From NCBI GenBank assembly GCA_002410925.1, contig DHPR01000033.1, positions 268,397-332,396 of the forward strand: a stretch of DNA of 64,000 nt. The letters are read 5' to 3'. Made by a program: the position numbers and the translations under genes. Numbering within the stretch: the first letter of the stretch is position 1; each line of letters begins with the position of its first letter. Positions 50,500-60,764 of this stretch are shown here, piece by piece. Below the pieces are notes generated by a model. That model worked only from the letters and a program-made list of their open reading frames with translations. It did not search any database and was not told the origin of the DNA. This DNA comes from a bacterium UBP13_UBA5359. Its GTDB lineage: Bacteria > UBP13 > UBA5359.

Positions 50500-51093
50500 T
50501 CACCTCTGAATATCCTTAAAACGCTGGTTGACAACGCTCCAATCTATATTATGCATAAAGGCAGCGATATAGGAGGCCCGGCCGGCACCGTAATCGATAA
50601 AATATGCATGTTCGTATACATCCATTACCAGCAACGGTACTGCCCACCATATGCCATAGGTATTATGATCATCCGCAATGTAATTATATATCCGGCCATC
50701 CGCAGGCTCGTATGCCGCTATAACCCATCCCCGTGCAGCCATGCCGGAAGCCTTAAAATCCTCTTCCCAGTTTTCATAAGAACCGTAAGCCTTAGCCAGT
50801 TCCTCTTTCAGGTCCTCGTCGATTACGGTATCAGCGCCGGCAAGATTATAAAAATAGGCTTCATGAAGCTTAACCCCATTGAGAGCAAAGCTGAGCTCTA
50901 CCTTCAATTCTCTGAGTTCGCTGTATGTCTGATTAGCCTTATCACGTTCAGCTGAAGCCAGCCTTTTATCGATTTCATCGGTTTTGTTCACATACCCCTT
51001 GTAGAGGATATCGTAATGCTGAGTAATTTGATTTGACGATATTCCCTCCATTTTCAATAGACCATCCTTCATGATCTTGGGCTGCAACTTCAT
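50500..51093 (-). CDS. Fe/Mn superoxide dismutase family protein
   Basis: QH...YKGYV, LHEAYF, MDVYEHAYFIDYG. Confidence 0.9.
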   Translation of the reverse strand: MKLQPKIMKDGLLKMEGISSNQITQHYDILYKGYVNKTDEIDKRLASAERDKANQTYSELRELKVELSFALNGVKLHEAYFYNLAGADTVIDEDLKEELAKAYGSYENWEEDFKASGMAARGWVIAAYEPADGRIYNYIADDHNTYGIWWAVPLLVMDVYEHAYFIDYGAGRASYIAAFMHNIDWSVVNQRFKDIQR

Positions 51094-51110
51094 TCTTTTC
51101 CCTCCTACAA

Positions 51111-51722
51111 TTAAGAATATGCACCGATAGGCATTATCATCTCCGGTTCTTCTTCCGGATTCAGATCGATCAACTGCCGTATTCTGTTATCATCAAAGGC
51201 GCCCACACATACGGTGCCTAAACCGAGCGCCTCTGCCTGCAAATAAATGTTCTGAGTGATGCAGCCTGTTTCTATATAAATATATCGCACCCCTCTTTCA
51301 CGATAGCGTCGGATAGTTCTCTGCGGCACGGCTATAAGCAGAACGGATGCCGCTGCTTCGGCTATAAACATCTGTCCATAGGCTGCCTCGGATAGACCGG
51401 AGCGTATATCACCTTTATATCGTGGTTCCAGGCTATGCTCGGTGCATACGTACCTGTATAAACCTGCCTCTAAACCTTCGATATTTCCAGCGGCAAGATA
51501 GATCTCCGTTGCATAGGTAGCTCCGGCTGAAGGGAATGTCCTGTTGCTGCCGGCAACACCACTTTTGCCCACACCGCCCGCAGCCCATAGCATCTGGCCG
51601 GCTTTCTGCAAAGATAAAGGCTTGCAAATATAATTCCTTCGGGAACGGCGGCAGTAAAGAGCGCTCTCCAATGATTGCGCCCCTTCAAACAGAGGCACAG
51701 GTAGCTTAACGGAGGGAGCCAT
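51111..51722 (-). CDS. SagB/ThcOx-type nitroreductase-family oxidoreductase
   Basis: RRSRRNY, RTFPSAGA.Y, ETGCITQNIYLQAEALGLG...GAFDD. Confidence 0.9.
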   Translation of the reverse strand: MAPSVKLPVPLFEGAQSLESALYCRRSRRNYICKPLSLQKAGQMLWAAGGVGKSGVAGSNRTFPSAGATYATEIYLAAGNIEGLEAGLYRYVCTEHSLEPRYKGDIRSGLSEAAYGQMFIAEAAASVLLIAVPQRTIRRYRERGVRYIYIETGCITQNIYLQAEALGLGTVCVGAFDDNRIRQLIDLNPEEEPEMIMPIGAYS

Positions 51723-51749
51723 TTTCTCCTCCAATAATTTTTTATATAT

Positions 51750-51775
51750 CTACCCCGGGGTATAATGGCTTAAAC
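51750..51775 (-). promoter_or_regulatory. SigB-like promoter for nitroreductase-sod
   Basis: GTTTAA-N14-GGGTAG on the minus strand. Confidence 0.6.
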
Positions 51776-51832
51776 ATATCATGACATATATGAGAAATCA
51801 ATATCGAGAATTAGCATACAGCCGTAGCTCTG

Positions 51833-52339
51833 TCAGGCATCGTGAATTCGTTCTACCAGGGAACCGTCGATATGAATAGTAACAGCCCGTCCGATTGCCT
51901 CGACATTAATAACGATAGAGTGTCCATGTTCACGTTTATCAATAAGGATTCCGGCAGTGCCTGCCAGAGGACCGCGCATTACTAAGACCCTGTCGCCCTG
52001 CCGCAACATGGGGTAAGGTTCTGCTTCGATATTAGATACATCGATAATGCGAAGCGATTTAATCTGCTCTGCAGGTATAATTGCAGGGTGGCGCTCATAT
52101 CCCACTATTCCGGCCACACCATTTGTCTTGAGTATATCCAACCAATGATTACCGGTCATTCGGCAATTGATGAAGAGATAACCGGGAAACATCGGTATCC
52201 TGATAAGTTTACGTCTATCCTTACGTTTGCTCCAGCAGTTCAGGCGGGGCAAAAAAATATCAAATCTCTTCTTTTGAAGACGCTCGGCAACCCTTTCCTC
52301 ATGTCTTGACCTGGTGTGCACTGCATACCAGTGTTTCAT
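51833..52339 (-). CDS. Specialised NusG paralog (UpxY/LoaP-like antiterminator)
   Basis: WYAVHTRSRHE, PMFPGYLF (NGN), GDRVLVMRGPLAG (KOW). Confidence 0.88.
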   Translation of the reverse strand: MKHWYAVHTRSRHEERVAERLQKKRFDIFLPRLNCWSKRKDRRKLIRIPMFPGYLFINCRMTGNHWLDILKTNGVAGIVGYERHPAIIPAEQIKSLRIIDVSNIEAEPYPMLRQGDRVLVMRGPLAGTAGILIDKREHGHSIVINVEAIGRAVTIHIDGSLVERIHDA

Positions 52340-52530
52340 ATTCCAACAAAACCTCTCTTGGTATAAACTCCGTTTATAAAGCTCTCGCTATAACATACTC
52401 TTATTCCTGATTAATTTTACCTGAAAGACGGCTATACTTCCAGAGGCAACAGAATTTCCAGTATAAAACAACCACCAAGTATCCGTATGCCAAAGAGCAA
52501 GAATGAGCACTCGCTTTCTGACACCACCTC

Positions 52531-53247
52531 TTATTTTTGGGCAGCTTTACGTAGCTCCATTATCTCCGACGGGGCCAGCTCACGATATTTTCCTGGCTTT
52601 AGATTGCCCAATTTCAAGCCATTTATGGCTATGCGACATAACTCAAAAACCGGATGCCCAACAGCTTCGAACATTCTTCTCACCTGCCGCTTGCGCCCTT
52701 CATGTATCGCTATCTCCACCAGTGCTTCATTATGATCAGCCTGTACTATTCGTGCTCGGGCAGGAGCGGTTATACCATCATCAAGAAGGATGCCCTTTCT
52801 TAACCGCTGCAGCTCGGTCATATTCGGCTTTCCTTCTACTCTGGCCAAGTATGTTTTATCCACTTCATGGCTCGGATGAGCCATCAAATAGGCAAATTCA
52901 CCGTCATTGGTTAAAAGGATAAGCCCGGAGGTATCTTTGTCCAGCCTGCCGACCGGATAAATGTTCTTATACGGCACAAGCTCCATTAAGGTTCTTCTTC
53001 CCTGAGGGTCATGCCTTGTAGAGAGGTATCCACACGGTTTATTAAGGACTAAGTATATGAATTTAAGTAAGGGAGCAACCGGTTGGCCATCCAGACATAT
53101 TTCATCTGTTTCCGGATCTGCCCTATCCCCTATCAGAGCGCTATGGCCGTTTACGGTAACGCGACCAGCTCTGATCAGTTCCTCGCTCCCTCTGCGGGAA
53201 GCTATACCTGACCTTGCAAGTATCTTTTGCAAACGTTCTTCCGGCAT
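52531..53247 (-). CDS. rluB: rRNA pseudouridine synthase, RluB/RsuA family
   Basis: S4 domain ERLQKILA..GIASRR; GRLDKDTSGL; EGRKRQVRRM. Confidence 0.92.
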   Translation of the reverse strand: MPEERLQKILARSGIASRRGSEELIRAGRVTVNGHSALIGDRADPETDEICLDGQPVAPLLKFIYLVLNKPCGYLSTRHDPQGRRTLMELVPYKNIYPVGRLDKDTSGLILLTNDGEFAYLMAHPSHEVDKTYLARVEGKPNMTELQRLRKGILLDDGITAPARARIVQADHNEALVEIAIHEGRKRQVRRMFEAVGHPVFELCRIAINGLKLGNLKPGKYRELAPSEIMELRKAAQK

Positions 53248-54478
53248 ATATACGCACTCCCATGATTGTTATAAAGCCTAATAAAGCAAGAAGCTTCAAA
53301 GCATCCAATGTTTTAAACAGCCATGATTTTTCTATATTACCCGCTGCCAGCAATTCGGCACGGCCAATCTGCTCTCGGCCTTCATAAAGTATTATATACC
53401 CGCATTTATCACCTTTCTTTATGGGTGCACGGGCTCTGATCAGCTTTATTTCCTTACGCGGCGCAGCGCTCTTTCCTACAGGAACAACCATCAGTAAATC
53501 TCTATCGGAAACCAGGGATACTTTATTTCTTTCTCCGCCGCGCACGGATATCTGAGTAAAGATACGATCCTTTTTAGCAATATACTGTGGCTCGAAATGC
53601 TTAAAACCGTAATCCAGCAGAGAAGCGCTATCTTTAACGGCATCACTGCTTCCCAAAACTACTCCCATAATACGCCAGCCATCTCTCGTAGCGGAGGAAA
53701 CCAGGCACCTACCGGACTGACGAACAAATCCTGTCTTAACACCATCGGCGCATTTATAAGTCCAGAGCAAGCGATTACGATTTACCAGCGTTCTATCCCA
53801 TTTTTTTCCAGGCCAGGCGATAACCGCTTTTTTGGCGGCAATAACTTCATTAAATATCTTATAACGCATGGCATGCCGGGCCATAATCGATAGATCGTAA
53901 GCGGTGGTGAGATGATCCGGATGGTATAGTCCATTAGGATTCATAAAATGCGTATTTACCGCTCCCAGCTGTGCCGCACGCCTGTTCATCATATCAACGA
54001 AGCTTTCCACGGAACCGCTAGTGTGCTCGGCCAGAGCTACGGCTGCGTCATTAGCGGATTTTATCAGCAACGCATTTAATAGATCGCTTATCGTCAATTC
54101 TTCCCCGGCCTGTAGCCAGATGGAGGATTCCGTTGTTGCATCCTGTGCTCTTTGACTGATGATGGTCTTTTCATTGAGGTTTGCATTTTCAAGAATCAGA
54201 ATGGCCGTCATTATCTTAGTCGTGCTGGCGGGAGGCCAGCGTTTATGTGAGTTCTTCTGCCAGAGAATCTTTCCGGTAATGACATCCACAAGTAAAGCAC
54301 TTGTTGCATTTACCTGTAAAGCAGCTGCTTCCGCTCTCACCGGTGCTGGGGAAGCGAGAGTAATGCCGGCAAAAAGAGAGAGCAGAGCTAACACATAGAG
54401 ACAGCCGGCTCTTAGCAGATATAGCCGGCATGGTCTTGTGCTTTGTGAATAAGAGCTCAAATAATTATGTGTCGGCAT
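53141..54478 (-). CDS. dacA: D-alanyl-D-alanine carboxypeptidase (PBP5 type)
   Basis: PASTTK (SxxK), SAN, KTG; C-terminal TM; GAGGAG RBS before ATG 54478. Confidence 0.88.
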   Translation of the reverse strand: MPTHNYLSSYSQSTRPCRLYLLRAGCLYVLALLSLFAGITLASPAPVRAEAAALQVNATSALLVDVITGKILWQKNSHKRWPPASTTKIMTAILILENANLNEKTIISQRAQDATTESSIWLQAGEELTISDLLNALLIKSANDAAVALAEHTSGSVESFVDMMNRRAAQLGAVNTHFMNPNGLYHPDHLTTAYDLSIMARHAMRYKIFNEVIAAKKAVIAWPGKKWDRTLVNRNRLLWTYKCADGVKTGFVRQSGRCLVSSATRDGWRIMGVVLGSSDAVKDSASLLDYGFKHFEPQYIAKKDRIFTQISVRGGERNKVSLVSDRDLLMVVPVGKSAAPRKEIKLIRARAPIKKGDKCGYIILYEGREQIGRAELLAAGNIEKSWLFKTLDALKLLALLGFITIMGVRIYAGRTFAKDTCKVRYSFPQRERGTDQSWSRYRKRP

Positions 54479-54497
54479 CGCTCGCTCCTCCGGCAGC

Positions 54498-54929
54498 TTA
54501 CATTCGGTAGATATTTTCAGCCGGAACAGCCTCAATACCATGCTCTTTAAGAAGTTTTGCCGCTCGTTCAATCTCCTCAAGCCTGAGAACAACAAGAGCA
54601 TTATCTTTTGCTTTGCCTACGAAAGCATAAATATATTCGACATTGATGCCGGCATTGGATAGCAGCCTTATCGCACCAGCCAGGCCACCCGGACGATCTG
54701 GAATTTCCAGGGCCAGGACCTGTGTTTCCGTAACGGTAAATCCAGCTTGCCGGAGATGTTCACAAGCGAGAACCGGATTATCGACAATCAGTCGCAGCAC
54801 ACCATAATCTACCGTCTCTGCCACTGATAAGGCTCTTATATTGATGCTCGCTTCAGCCAGAACCTCCGTTAATTCAGCCAAACGACCGGATTTATTCTCC
54901 AGAAAAACTGAAATCTGGGTAACAGCCAT
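54498..54929 (-). CDS. Tandem ACT-domain protein
   Basis: QISVFLENKSGRL, DRPGGL, INVEYIY; usual neighbour of paaK-like genes. Confidence 0.92.
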   Translation of the reverse strand: MAVTQISVFLENKSGRLAELTEVLAEASINIRALSVAETVDYGVLRLIVDNPVLACEHLRQAGFTVTETQVLALEIPDRPGGLAGAIRLLSNAGINVEYIYAFVGKAKDNALVVLRLEEIERAAKLLKEHGIEAVPAENIYRM

Positions 54930-54941
54930 GGCTAACCTCCA

Positions 54942-56249
54942 CTATATCTCACGCCTGTCGATTATTCTTTTGGCTTTGCCCTCGCTGCGGGCAATAGCCT
55001 TGGGCTCAACCAGCTTCACGCTGACAGATATCCCCAGAAGGGCTTCTATTTCATGCCGAACTTTTTTCTGAAGAGCTTCCAGTTTACGCATTTCATCAGA
55101 AAATATATCTGCTGATACCTCTACCCATACTTCAAGAGTGTCAAGACTCTTCTCTTGACGATCAACGATAAGCTGGTAGTGCGGTTCTGCCTCCTCTATC
55201 TCCAGAAGAACGCTCTCAATTTGAGATGGAAAGATATTTACACCGCGAATAATCAGCATATCATCAGTACGACCGCTCACTCTTTGCATACGTGCAAAGG
55301 TTCTTCCGCAGGAGCATTTCTCGTATGACAGGCTGGTGATGTCTCTGGTGCGATATCTGATAACGGGAAAGGCCTCTTTGGTGATGGTGGTAAAGACCAG
55401 CTCTCCTCTTTCTCCAGGAGGTAACGGCTTTTCGGTAATAGGATCGATTATTTCGGGGATAAAAAAATCCTCATTAATATGCAATCCGCATTTCAAGAGA
55501 CAGTTGTATGATACGCCCGGTCCCATAACCTCGCTCAGACCGTATATATCCAGTGCATCTATTCCAAGAGAATCTTCAATCTTCTTTCGCATGATTTCTG
55601 TCCAGGGCTCAGCGCCGAAGAAGCCGGCCTTTAATGGGAGTTTCTCCAGATCAAGCTCTGCCTCAGCAGCCATTTCGCTTATATAGAGTGCATATGATGG
55701 AGTGCAACAGATAACATTGCTGCCAAAATCCTGCAAGAGCTGTACCTGCCGCTTGGTCTGCCCGCCAGAGATAGGAACTACAGTAGCGCCTAATCTTTCG
55801 GCGCCGTAATGAATCCCCAGGCCACCGGTAAAGAGTCCGTAGCCATAAGCATTGTGTACTATATCTCCGGCTGTAGTACCTCCTGCAGAGAGAGTTCTGG
55901 CAATAGCCTCGGCCCAGGTATTGATATCTTCGGATGTATAGCCTACGACCGTTGGATGGCCAGTAGTACCTGAAGAGGCATGAATTCTGATGATTTGACG
56001 CATCGGAACGGCAAACATGCCGAATGGATACGTTTGACGAAGATCATCCTTTACCGTAAAAGGAAGAAGCTCTAAATCTTCAAGAGTTCTAATATCCCTT
56101 GGCCTTATCCCTTTAGCATCAAATCGCGTTTTGTAAAACGGTACATTTTCATATACACGCTTGACAGTCTGCTGCAACCGCTCCATTTGCAGCCTTTCAA
56201 GCGCTTTGCGGTCCATACATTCAGCGGAGGCGTTATAAATCATTGCCAT
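54942..56249 (-). CDS. paaK: Phenylacetate--CoA ligase family protein
   Basis: [44 protein letters not shown]. Confidence 0.9.
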   Translation of the reverse strand: MAMIYNASAECMDRKALERLQMERLQQTVKRVYENVPFYKTRFDAKGIRPRDIRTLEDLELLPFTVKDDLRQTYPFGMFAVPMRQIIRIHASSGTTGHPTVVGYTSEDINTWAEAIARTLSAGGTTAGDIVHNAYGYGLFTGGLGIHYGAERLGATVVPISGGQTKRQVQLLQDFGSNVICCTPSYALYISEMAAEAELDLEKLPLKAGFFGAEPWTEIMRKKIEDSLGIDALDIYGLSEVMGPGVSYNCLLKCGLHINEDFFIPEIIDPITEKPLPPGERGELVFTTITKEAFPVIRYRTRDITSLSYEKCSCGRTFARMQRVSGRTDDMLIIRGVNIFPSQIESVLLEIEEAEPHYQLIVDRQEKSLDTLEVWVEVSADIFSDEMRKLEALQKKVRHEIEALLGISVSVKLVEPKAIARSEGKAKRIIDRREI

Positions 56250-56274
56250 ACTCCCTAAAGTCTCTTGCCACATT

Positions 56275-56312
56275 ATAAAAGAACCGGCAGGCATTGTGAA
56301 GAGCGCCTGCCG
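56275..56312 (-). terminator. Intrinsic terminator after infB
   Basis: CGGCAGGC...GCCTGCCG with a downstream T-rich tail on the minus strand. Confidence 0.6.
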
Positions 56313-56327
56313 ATTTTAATAGCTTTA

Positions 56328-58415
56328 CTAAACGGTTCTGGCCGTTTCCTCAATAGTGAAGACTACTATGCGATCGCCTTCCTGTATATCGTTATTTCCA
56401 TCAAGGCCTATACCACACTCATAACCGGCCGCCACTTCGCGTACATCCTCTTTAAAGCGCCGCAATGTATTTACACGGCTTTCAAAGATAACCTCATCAG
56501 ATCTTACAAGCCTTGCTCTAGCGCCTCTTACAATCTTGCCATCAAGAACGTAAGACCCTGCAACAATGCCCTTCGGTGTCTTAAAGATAGCCCGAACCTC
56601 GGCTGTACCCAGCATCACCTCATGCTGTTCCGGCTCCAGCATACCGTTGATCGCAGCATTTACATTATCAAGCAATTCATAAATAACCTTGTAAAATCGT
56701 AGATCGATATTCTCAGCCTGAGCCGCTTTCGCAGCTTTGCTATCCGGTTTTACGTTAAAGCCTACCACAATGGCGTTTGATGCCGTAGCCAGCGTCACGT
56801 CTGATTCAGATATGCCGCCCACACCCTCGTGGATAATATTCACGCTTACTTCATCTGTCGCCAGATTTTCCAGCGACTGCCTGACAGCCTCGACCGTGCC
56901 CTGAACATCCGCTTTCAAAATTATATTCAGTGTGTGCGTAACGCCTTCTTGAACCTGCTTAAAGAGATCATCAAGAGACATGCGCTGCCCCTGTGCCAGC
57001 TTCTTCTCCCTATCTCTTATTTGGCGCCCGGCAGCTATTTGACGTGCAATACGTTCATCTTCAACTACATTCAATTCATCGCCCGCTTGCGGTACTTCAG
57101 AAAGACCGAAGATCTCCACAGGCATAGCGGGGCCTGCCGTCTTGACACGTTCCCCCCTGTCGTTAGTCATGGCACGTACTTTTCCGCTGACCGTTCCAAC
57201 AATGATATTATCGCCTACTCTTAAAGTGCCATTGCTTATGAGAACGGTGGCTAATGCACCCCTGCTCTTATTCATACTGGCTTCTATAACTGTTCCCATA
57301 ACCTGCCCATTGGGCCAGGCCTTGAGTTCGGCCATTTCAGCCACCAGAAGTATCATTTCCAGAAGATTGTCAATTCCCATCTTTTTGAGAGCAGATACTT
57401 CTACGCAAATAGTATCTCCTCCCCAGTCTTCCGAAAGCAAATTGTGCTCGGCTAATTGCTGTTTTATCCGCTCGGCATTAGCATCAGGCCTGTCAATTTT
57501 ATTGATAGCCACTACTATCGGCACTTCGGCGGCTCTGGCATGATTAATGGCTTCAATCGATTGAGGCATTAATCCGTCATCCGCAGCTACTACCAATACG
57601 GCAATATCGGTTACCTGCGTACCTCTTGCCCTCATAGATGTAAAGGCTTCATGGCCCGGCGTATCCAGAAAAGTTATTCTTTTGCCGGACAACATAACCT
57701 GATAAGCACCGATATGCTGAGTGATTCCACCGGATTCGCTCTCGGTTACATTTGTCTTTCTTATCGCATCGAGCAAAGAGGTCTTGCCATGATCCACGTG
57801 CCCCATGATTGTAACAATGGGCGGACGCTCCTCTGCAGGACCTACTTGTATGCCTTCACTGATTTTATCAGCTTCCACATTGATTTCATCTTCTGCATGA
57901 GCCGCTGCTCTGCCTGCATCAGCCTGAACATTGTCAGCATCTATCTTTACAGATACCTCGGCCTCTTCCTCAACGACCGCCTCTTTAGCCAGCTTTGCCT
58001 GATAAGCCTCTCTGGCTTTAGGAATCATCTCCTCTCCACCGGCAATAAAACCAAATTGTGCCGCCAAATGCGCTGCCACCTGCTGATCAACCGCCTGATT
58101 TTCATTGGCTGCAACCCTGAAAATTAGAAGCTTTTTCAGTATCTCCACCGGATCTATACCTATGGCAAGAGCCAGATTTTTGATAGTTATCTTATCATCT
58201 ACCCTGACGAAATTAGGCGGCAATTCATTGCCTTCGTCCGAGTTTTTTCTCTCCTCTTCCAAATATTCTCTGACAAGTTGAGCTTCCGATTCGTCGATGC
58301 TGCTGGAATGATTCACCGCTTGAATCCCCAGATCATGCAATATATCAAGCAAATCTTTATTAGAAAGATTTACCTTCTTTGCTAATTCATATACGCGCAC
58401 CTTCATCGCACTCAC
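56328..58415 (-). CDS. infB: Translation initiation factor IF-2
   Basis: [32 protein letters not shown]. Confidence 0.98.
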   Translation of the reverse strand: MSAMKVRVYELAKKVNLSNKDLLDILHDLGIQAVNHSSSIDESEAQLVREYLEEERKNSDEGNELPPNFVRVDDKITIKNLALAIGIDPVEILKKLLIFRVAANENQAVDQQVAAHLAAQFGFIAGGEEMIPKAREAYQAKLAKEAVVEEEAEVSVKIDADNVQADAGRAAAHAEDEINVEADKISEGIQVGPAEERPPIVTIMGHVDHGKTSLLDAIRKTNVTESESGGITQHIGAYQVMLSGKRITFLDTPGHEAFTSMRARGTQVTDIAVLVVAADDGLMPQSIEAINHARAAEVPIVVAINKIDRPDANAERIKQQLAEHNLLSEDWGGDTICVEVSALKKMGIDNLLEMILLVAEMAELKAWPNGQVMGTVIEASMNKSRGALATVLISNGTLRVGDNIIVGTVSGKVRAMTNDRGERVKTAGPAMPVEIFGLSEVPQAGDELNVVEDERIARQIAAGRQIRDREKKLAQGQRMSLDDLFKQVQEGVTHTLNIILKADVQGTVEAVRQSLENLATDEVSVNIIHEGVGGISESDVTLATASNAIVVGFNVKPDSKAAKAAQAENIDLRFYKVIYELLDNVNAAINGMLEPEQHEVMLGTAEVRAIFKTPKGIVAGSYVLDGKIVRGARARLVRSDEVIFESRVNTLRRFKEDVREVAAGYECGIGLDGNNDIQEGDRIVVFTIEETARTV

Positions 58416-58678
58416 CCCTTTCTTGATAATTTTAAGACTGCCTTAGCCAATTCGAGATCAAGTTCACCTCCAAAGGCTATATGAAGCCTCCTACTCTTCA
58501 ACGCCTGAGCGTAGCATTCCGGTGACGGGCAAATATAGATACCACGTCCGGGCTTCTTACCGCTCTCATCTACCTGGACATGGCCTTCCGGCGTCCTTAC
58601 CGCTCTGACCAGCTCTCGTTTGGGCCTGGATGCCCCACATCCCGCACACATGCGTATTGGCTCATGCCGTGTCTTCAC
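58412..58678 (-). CDS. rnpM: YlxR/RnpM family protein
   Basis: PIRMCAGC...PKRELVR, GKKPGRGIYIC; located between nusA and infB. Confidence 0.92.
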   Translation of the reverse strand: MKTRHEPIRMCAGCGASRPKRELVRAVRTPEGHVQVDESGKKPGRGIYICPSPECYAQALKSRRLHIAFGGELDLELAKAVLKLSRKG

Positions 58679-58690
58679 AGTGGTCTCTCC

Positions 58691-60172
58691 CTATAGATAG
58701 AGATCTTCCTCATCCTCTTCTACCATAGCCTTGCGGCTTCTCTTCTTTGTCCTCGGCTTACCAAGCATCTTCTCCTCTTCAGAGCGCCCGGATTTCTTCT
58801 TTCGCTTTCCTTTACCGGTGTCTGCTCTCTCTTCATCATCTATGAGACCCAGACTATGGGCATTGATATCCATAGCCAGATCATCAAAGGTAATAACGCT
58901 GCTGATATCCGCCATGGTTATCAGATTATCCTGCTCCGTATCCTGGCTCTCTTCTTCCAGATGAGCAGCAGCAGAAAGAGCCTCATCGAGCTCCTCAGGC
59001 TTGAGCTCACTTACGGGTATCTCTTCGGCTTCAACTTCTTCAGCCCGAGTTGCTTCGCTTTCTTTATGCATTTCAGCGGTAATGCTGTCCATCAACCGCT
59101 CCATCTCTTCTATATGGCGCTGTGCTTCCTGGGCCTCAATCGCCTTATAATCAGTAGCGCTCTTGATATCTATCTTCCACCCGGTAAGCTTTACAGCTAA
59201 GCGTACATTTTGTCCGCTCTTTCCAATAGCCAGAGATAACTGATCATCCGGAACAACAACAATGGCGCTCTCTTCATCGGAATTCAATCTGACAAACGTT
59301 ACCTTCGCCGGACTAAGAGCCGATGAAATAAAACGGGAGATATCAGGATCCCATGGTACAATATCAATTTTCTCGCCCTTAAGCTCGTCAACAACCATTT
59401 GCACCCGAGAACCCTTAGCTCCAACGCAAGATCCTACCGCATCTACGCTTACGTCCCTGGAAACGACAGCAATTTTAGAGCGAGAGCCGGCTTCACGGGC
59501 TACCGACTTAATCTCTACAATGCCGTCATGGATCTCAGGCACTTCTATCTCGAACAGGCGCTTTACCAGCCCAGGATGTGTCCTGGAGACCTTTACTTGC
59601 GGGCCTCTGGGTGTTTTAGCCGCTTCCATAACATAAACTTTTATCCTCTCGTTATGGCGATAGCGGTCCTGAGGAGCTTGTTCGCTTGGCGGAATCACAG
59701 CATCCGTCTTTCCAAGATTAATCAGTACATGACGGTTCTCCGTTCGCTGAACGACACCGGTAACAATCTCACCTATACGACGAGTGTATTCCTCATATAT
59801 CACATCGCGTTCGGCTTCCCTAACTCGCTGCATAATAACCTGCTTCGCGGTTTGCGCGGCAATTCGCCCAAATTCACTTGGAGTAACCTCATACGCCACA
59901 ACCGAACCCACTTCTGCAGCATCATCAACTTCCCTGGCCTCTTCAAGACTTATTTCAGCTGCTGAATCTTCAACAACATCAACTATGCTCTTTTCTGCTA
60001 TTACCTTAACGTTATCATCACTATCAAGATCTATACGAATAGACTGCGCACCGCCATAATTCTTACGATAAGCAGAAACAAGCGCAGCCTCCAGAGCTTC
60101 TTTCAGCATCTCTATAGGCACGCCACGCTCCTCGGCTATCTGGTGAAGCGCATCCATCAGTTCCATGTTCAT
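58691..60172 (-). CDS. nusA: Transcription factor NusA with a long charged C-terminal tail
   Basis: FGRIAAQTAKQ, S1 and KH domains, LAIGKSGQNVRLA. Confidence 0.97.
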   Translation of the reverse strand: MNMELMDALHQIAEERGVPIEMLKEALEAALVSAYRKNYGGAQSIRIDLDSDDNVKVIAEKSIVDVVEDSAAEISLEEAREVDDAAEVGSVVAYEVTPSEFGRIAAQTAKQVIMQRVREAERDVIYEEYTRRIGEIVTGVVQRTENRHVLINLGKTDAVIPPSEQAPQDRYRHNERIKVYVMEAAKTPRGPQVKVSRTHPGLVKRLFEIEVPEIHDGIVEIKSVAREAGSRSKIAVVSRDVSVDAVGSCVGAKGSRVQMVVDELKGEKIDIVPWDPDISRFISSALSPAKVTFVRLNSDEESAIVVVPDDQLSLAIGKSGQNVRLAVKLTGWKIDIKSATDYKAIEAQEAQRHIEEMERLMDSITAEMHKESEATRAEEVEAEEIPVSELKPEELDEALSAAAHLEEESQDTEQDNLITMADISSVITFDDLAMDINAHSLGLIDDEERADTGKGKRKKKSGRSEEEKMLGKPRTKKRSRKAMVEEDEEDLYL

Positions 60173-60190
60173 AACTATTTACTCCTCTCC

Positions 60191-60643
60191 TTATATCTCT
60201 GCAACCAATCTAGCTTTGCTTATATCTTCAAGAGGTATTGCATAGGTGACATCTTCCACCTCTATCAGAACTTTTCCCTCTTCTAAACCTTTAAGCGTTC
60301 CATTGAACTTCCTGCGGTCATCTACAGAGGAAAAAGTGGTTATGTTTGCCTTCTTGCCGGCAAAGCGCCGAAAGTCCTTCTCTTTCTTTATTACTCTATC
60401 CAGCCCCGGTGAAGATACTTCCAAATGATAAGCCTCAGCTATCAGATCGCTCTCGTCAAGATAAGCACCGACTGTGCGACTGATATGCTCACAATCATCC
60501 AGTGTCACACCGCCATCCTTATCGACAAAAAGACGGAGACAACTATGCCGGCCGGCTTTAACGAATTCTACGTCCACCAATTCGTAATTCTCTCTCGCCA
60601 GTATCGGCTCTATAATCGCTTCCAGACGCTCAACAAGCTTCAT
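60191..60643 (-). CDS. rimP: Ribosome maturation factor RimP
   Basis: GVTLDDC, YHLEVSSPGLDR; AAAGGAAG RBS before ATG 60643. Confidence 0.95.
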   Translation of the reverse strand: MKLVERLEAIIEPILARENYELVDVEFVKAGRHSCLRLFVDKDGGVTLDDCEHISRTVGAYLDESDLIAEAYHLEVSSPGLDRVIKKEKDFRRFAGKKANITTFSSVDDRRKFNGTLKGLEEGKVLIEVEDVTYAIPLEDISKARLVAEI

Positions 60644-60678
60644 ATAGGCACGCTTCCTTTCGAATACCTCATCAACAA

Positions 60679-60706
60679 CAAAGAGTGGGCGAAATCCCAC
60701 TCTTTG
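60679..60706 (-). promoter_or_regulatory. rimP leader hairpin (attenuator-like)
   Basis: CAAAGAGTGGG-atttcg-CCCACTCTTTG directly upstream of rimP; matches my recollection of the known rimP-leader stem. Confidence 0.75.
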
Positions 60707-60764
60707 CAAAAAACACATAAGCTTAAAGTATAATATCATAATTCAAGGAGCAATACAATAGCGA

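Noticed and set aside
51111-51722. SagB-like gene as part of a RiPP cluster
   Set aside because: No YcaO, E1-like protein, precursor or exporter nearby.
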